From Alphaproteobacteria bacterium (lineage in GTDB: Bacteria; Pseudomonadota; Alphaproteobacteria; MPNO01), in the NCBI GenBank assembly GCA_965248835.1, contig CBDFLJ010000001.1:1760001-1824000 (forward strand): DNA of 64,000 nucleotides, in the 5' to 3' direction. Under the pieces are notes generated by a model, which ran no database searches, had not been told where the DNA came from, and saw nothing but the letters and a program-made list of their open reading frames with translations. Shown one piece after another: positions 61,480 through 64,000 of the stretch. Within the stretch, counting starts at the first letter, position 1; the number at the start of each line of letters is the position of its first letter. The position numbers and the translations under genes are program-made.

Positions 61480-62937
61480 TCAGCTCATCAGCATCCGCCG
61501 CAGGAGCTCGACATCCTCGTCGAAGCCGGGGTCTCCGCTGCGCAATTCCTCGATCTTGCGCACGGCATGCATTACCGTCGTGTGGTCGCGCCCGCCGAAT
61601 TTGCGTCCGATCTCGGGCAGGGATCGCGAGGTGAGTTGCTTGGCCAGATACATCGCCACCTGGCGGGGCCTTGCGACCGCGCGCGCGCGCCGCGCCGAGT
61701 GCATGTCGGCCATGCGGATGTTGAAGTGCTCGGCGACCTGCTTCTGGATCTCCTCGATCGTCACCCGCCGGTCATGGGCGCGCAGCAGGTCGTGAAGCAC
61801 ATCCTGGCAGGTCTCCAGCGAGATCTCCCGCCCGATCAGGGTCGCGTGGGCGGCGACACGGTTGAGCGCGCCCTCGAGCTCGCGCACCGAGGCGGTGATC
61901 TTGTGGGCCAGGAACTCCATCACCTTGACCGGGATCTCGACGCCGAGGTGGTTGGCCTTGGACTGCAGGACGCCGACCCTGAGGTCATAGGTCGTGGCAT
62001 GGAGGTCGACCACCAAGCCCCAGCCGAGCCGCGAACGCAGGCGCTCCTCCATCCCCTGGAGGTCCGACGGCGATTTGTCGGCGGACACCACGACCTGGCG
62101 TTTGTTGTCGACCAACTCGTTGAAGGTATGGAAGAATTCTTCCTGGATGGAGTCCTTGCCGTTGATGAACTGCACGTCGTCGATCATCAGGATATCGACC
62201 GACCGGAAGCGCTCCTTGAAGGCCATCGTGTCCTTGGCCCGGATGGCTCGGACGAAGTGGTTCATGAACTTCTCAGCCGACAGATAGACCACCAGGCGGT
62301 TGGGATGGCGGTGCCGGATATGCCAGCCGATCGCGTGCATCAGGTGGGTCTTGCCGAGCCCGACCCCGCCATAGAGGAAAAGAGGGTTGTAGGCCGAGGT
62401 CGGCGATTCGGCGACGCGCTGGGCGGCGGCGTAGGCGAGCTCGTTCGGCTTGCCGACGATGAAGTTGTCGAACACGAAACGCGGGTCCAGCGGCGCGCTG
62501 AACTCGACCGCCGGCGACGGAGCCGCTGCGGTCGCGGCGGCGGTTGCGCCCGACCCGTCGGCGCGGGCCGGACCCGGTCGCCGGGCGGCGGCGCGCTCGC
62601 CGGCCTTCTCACCCGGGTCCTTGCGGTCCTTCGTGTCCGCCGGCAGCCGACGCCGTTCGCGCCGGCTGGGCTCGGCCTGGATCTGGACGTCCAACGTCTT
62701 CAACTCCGGGCTTTCCGCGCACCACAGCGCCAGGATCCGATCGGCGTAGTGGCTGTTCACCCAGTCGCGCATGAACCGCGTCGGCGTGGCGATTCGGACC
62801 GCGCCGCCCTCGACGGCGACCAGCGTCAGGGGCTTCAGCCAGCTCCGGTAGGCGGACTCGCCGACCTCGGCGCGAAGCACTCCCCGGACCCTGGCCCACT
62901 GCGCGGAGACGCGCGGCTCGATCGTCGGCCCCGCCAT
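61480..62937 (-). CDS. dnaA: Chromosomal replication initiator DnaA
   Basis: 'YNPLFLYGGVGLGKTHL', 'IDDVQF', 'GGRDHTTV'. Confidence 0.98.
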   Translation of the reverse strand: MAGPTIEPRVSAQWARVRGVLRAEVGESAYRSWLKPLTLVAVEGGAVRIATPTRFMRDWVNSHYADRILALWCAESPELKTLDVQIQAEPSRRERRRLPADTKDRKDPGEKAGERAAARRPGPARADGSGATAAATAAAPSPAVEFSAPLDPRFVFDNFIVGKPNELAYAAAQRVAESPTSAYNPLFLYGGVGLGKTHLMHAIGWHIRHRHPNRLVVYLSAEKFMNHFVRAIRAKDTMAFKERFRSVDILMIDDVQFINGKDSIQEEFFHTFNELVDNKRQVVVSADKSPSDLQGMEERLRSRLGWGLVVDLHATTYDLRVGVLQSKANHLGVEIPVKVMEFLAHKITASVRELEGALNRVAAHATLIGREISLETCQDVLHDLLRAHDRRVTIEEIQKQVAEHFNIRMADMHSARRARAVARPRQVAMYLAKQLTSRSLPEIGRKFGGRDHTTVMHAVRKIEELRSGDPGFDEDVELLRRMLMS

Positions 62938-63466
62938 CGGCTAGCACCGGGTTGCCGCGGGCGGCCCGGATAGGTCTGTCGGTTCGAAGGCTCGATTGGC
63001 TGCAGGGCTTGTTCGCCGGCATTCGGTACGAGACGATTTGCGCGGTTCTAAGACCGGCCCGCCCCTGATGGGACCAATCATGCACTCATCCCGCATCGAC
63101 GCCCCCTTCTGCCCAAATCTCGACTTGGACTCAAAACGGCGAAGCCCCGAATTCTTGCATTTCCTTGACAAAATCGCCAGGCTGGCAATTTTTTAAATCT
63201 TATGAGGTGTGCGATGCAAGCATAGGGCAAATATTAGACCGTTTTTTTCCTTAGAGGAAGCGCCCTGGACGCCATCCTGTACCAATCACTGTAACGGCGA
63301 GCGATCAGGCTGGCAATGGCCTGATCACCGCGCCACCCAACTTTTTGGGGGTTTTTGCATGCTCGGCGGTGGACAAACGCGCAATGAACGCCGACGGCGA
63401 ACGCTAAACTTCGGCAAATAAACGGAGAATTGTTGCGCCGCCGCGTCGGCGGCTGCCGGAAAAAAT

Positions 63467-63730
63467 TCAGTCGATCGATTTGACCCGGGCGGCCAGGCGG
63501 GAGATTTTTCGCGCCGCGTTGTTGCGGTGAAGCAACCCCTTGGAGACGCCGCGCATCAGCTCGGGCTCGGCCGCTTTCAGAGCCGCACGCGCGGCTTCCT
63601 TGTCGCTGCCGGCGATCGCGGTTTCGACTTTTTTGACGTAGGTGCGGATGCGGCTGCGCCGGGCGTTATTGATCGCGGTGCGCGCAAGCGCGCGGCGCGC
63701 CCGTTTCTTGGCCGATTTAATGTTCGCCAT
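63467..63730 (-). CDS. rpsT: 30S ribosomal protein S20
   Basis: '[12 protein letters not shown]', '[12 protein letters not shown]'. Confidence 0.97.
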   Translation of the reverse strand: MANIKSAKKRARRALARTAINNARRSRIRTYVKKVETAIAGSDKEAARAALKAAEPELMRGVSKGLLHRNNAARKISRLAARVKSID

Positions 63731-63820
63731 CGGTCCCGTCCGTCGCCTTTTCCGGTCGAAGCCGGGTGTTTAATCCCCCTGTGCGCCGGCGTCAAGCCGC
63801 CGGTCGAGACGGCTTGCCGC

Positions 63821-64000
63821 CTAACGGTTGGCGAAGTCGGGATCGCGCTTTTCGATGAAGGCCTTCATGCCTTCCTTCTGGTCGTGGGTGCCGAACGTCG
63901 CCTGGAACAGGCGGCGCTCCAGCCGGACGCCCTGGCTGAGCGGGACCTCATAGGCCGCGTTGACCGACTCCTTGACCATCATGGCGATCGGCCGCGACAT
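63821..64000 (-). CDS. Enoyl-CoA hydratase, 3' part; starts off the window
   Basis: 'KESVNAAYE...ERRLFQATFGTHDQKEGMKAFIEKRDPDFANR*'. Confidence 0.85.
   Translation of the reverse strand: MSRPIAMMVKESVNAAYEVPLSQGVRLERRLFQATFGTHDQKEGMKAFIEKRDPDFANR

Noticed and set aside
62938-63466. oriC call
   Set aside because: No clear DnaA-box cluster visible by eye.

Overview
High-GC alphaproteobacterial (Rhodospirillales-like) chromosomal segment. The right end is core genome (rpsT, dnaA-dnaN-recF-gyrB, class A PBP, regB/regA, SCO, mmcB, ispG, ptrB). The left two-thirds is accessory catabolism: TRAP/TTT/DMT transporters, amidohydrolases, oxygenases, UbiD, ring-cleavage dioxygenases and purine deaminases. 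The most notable locus is 11168-12953. There a TAT-less reductive-dehalogenase/QueG-superfamily gene sits directly upstream of an iodothyronine-deiodinase-like gene. The ORF track splits the latter in two at an in-frame TGA in the catalytic position (FGSYT-U-PPY), and a SECIS-like hairpin follows, so it is probably a selenoprotein. The pair faces away from a UbiD decarboxylase and a flavin monooxygenase, suggesting a candidate halo-aromatic dehalogenation system. Also present: a 3' tRNA-Arg(CCT) fragment resembling an att site, a Sel1-PGBD gene with a decayed protease tail, an amidohydrolase/TauE chimera and two frameshifted hydrolases. Product calls come from motif recognition by eye, not database searches.
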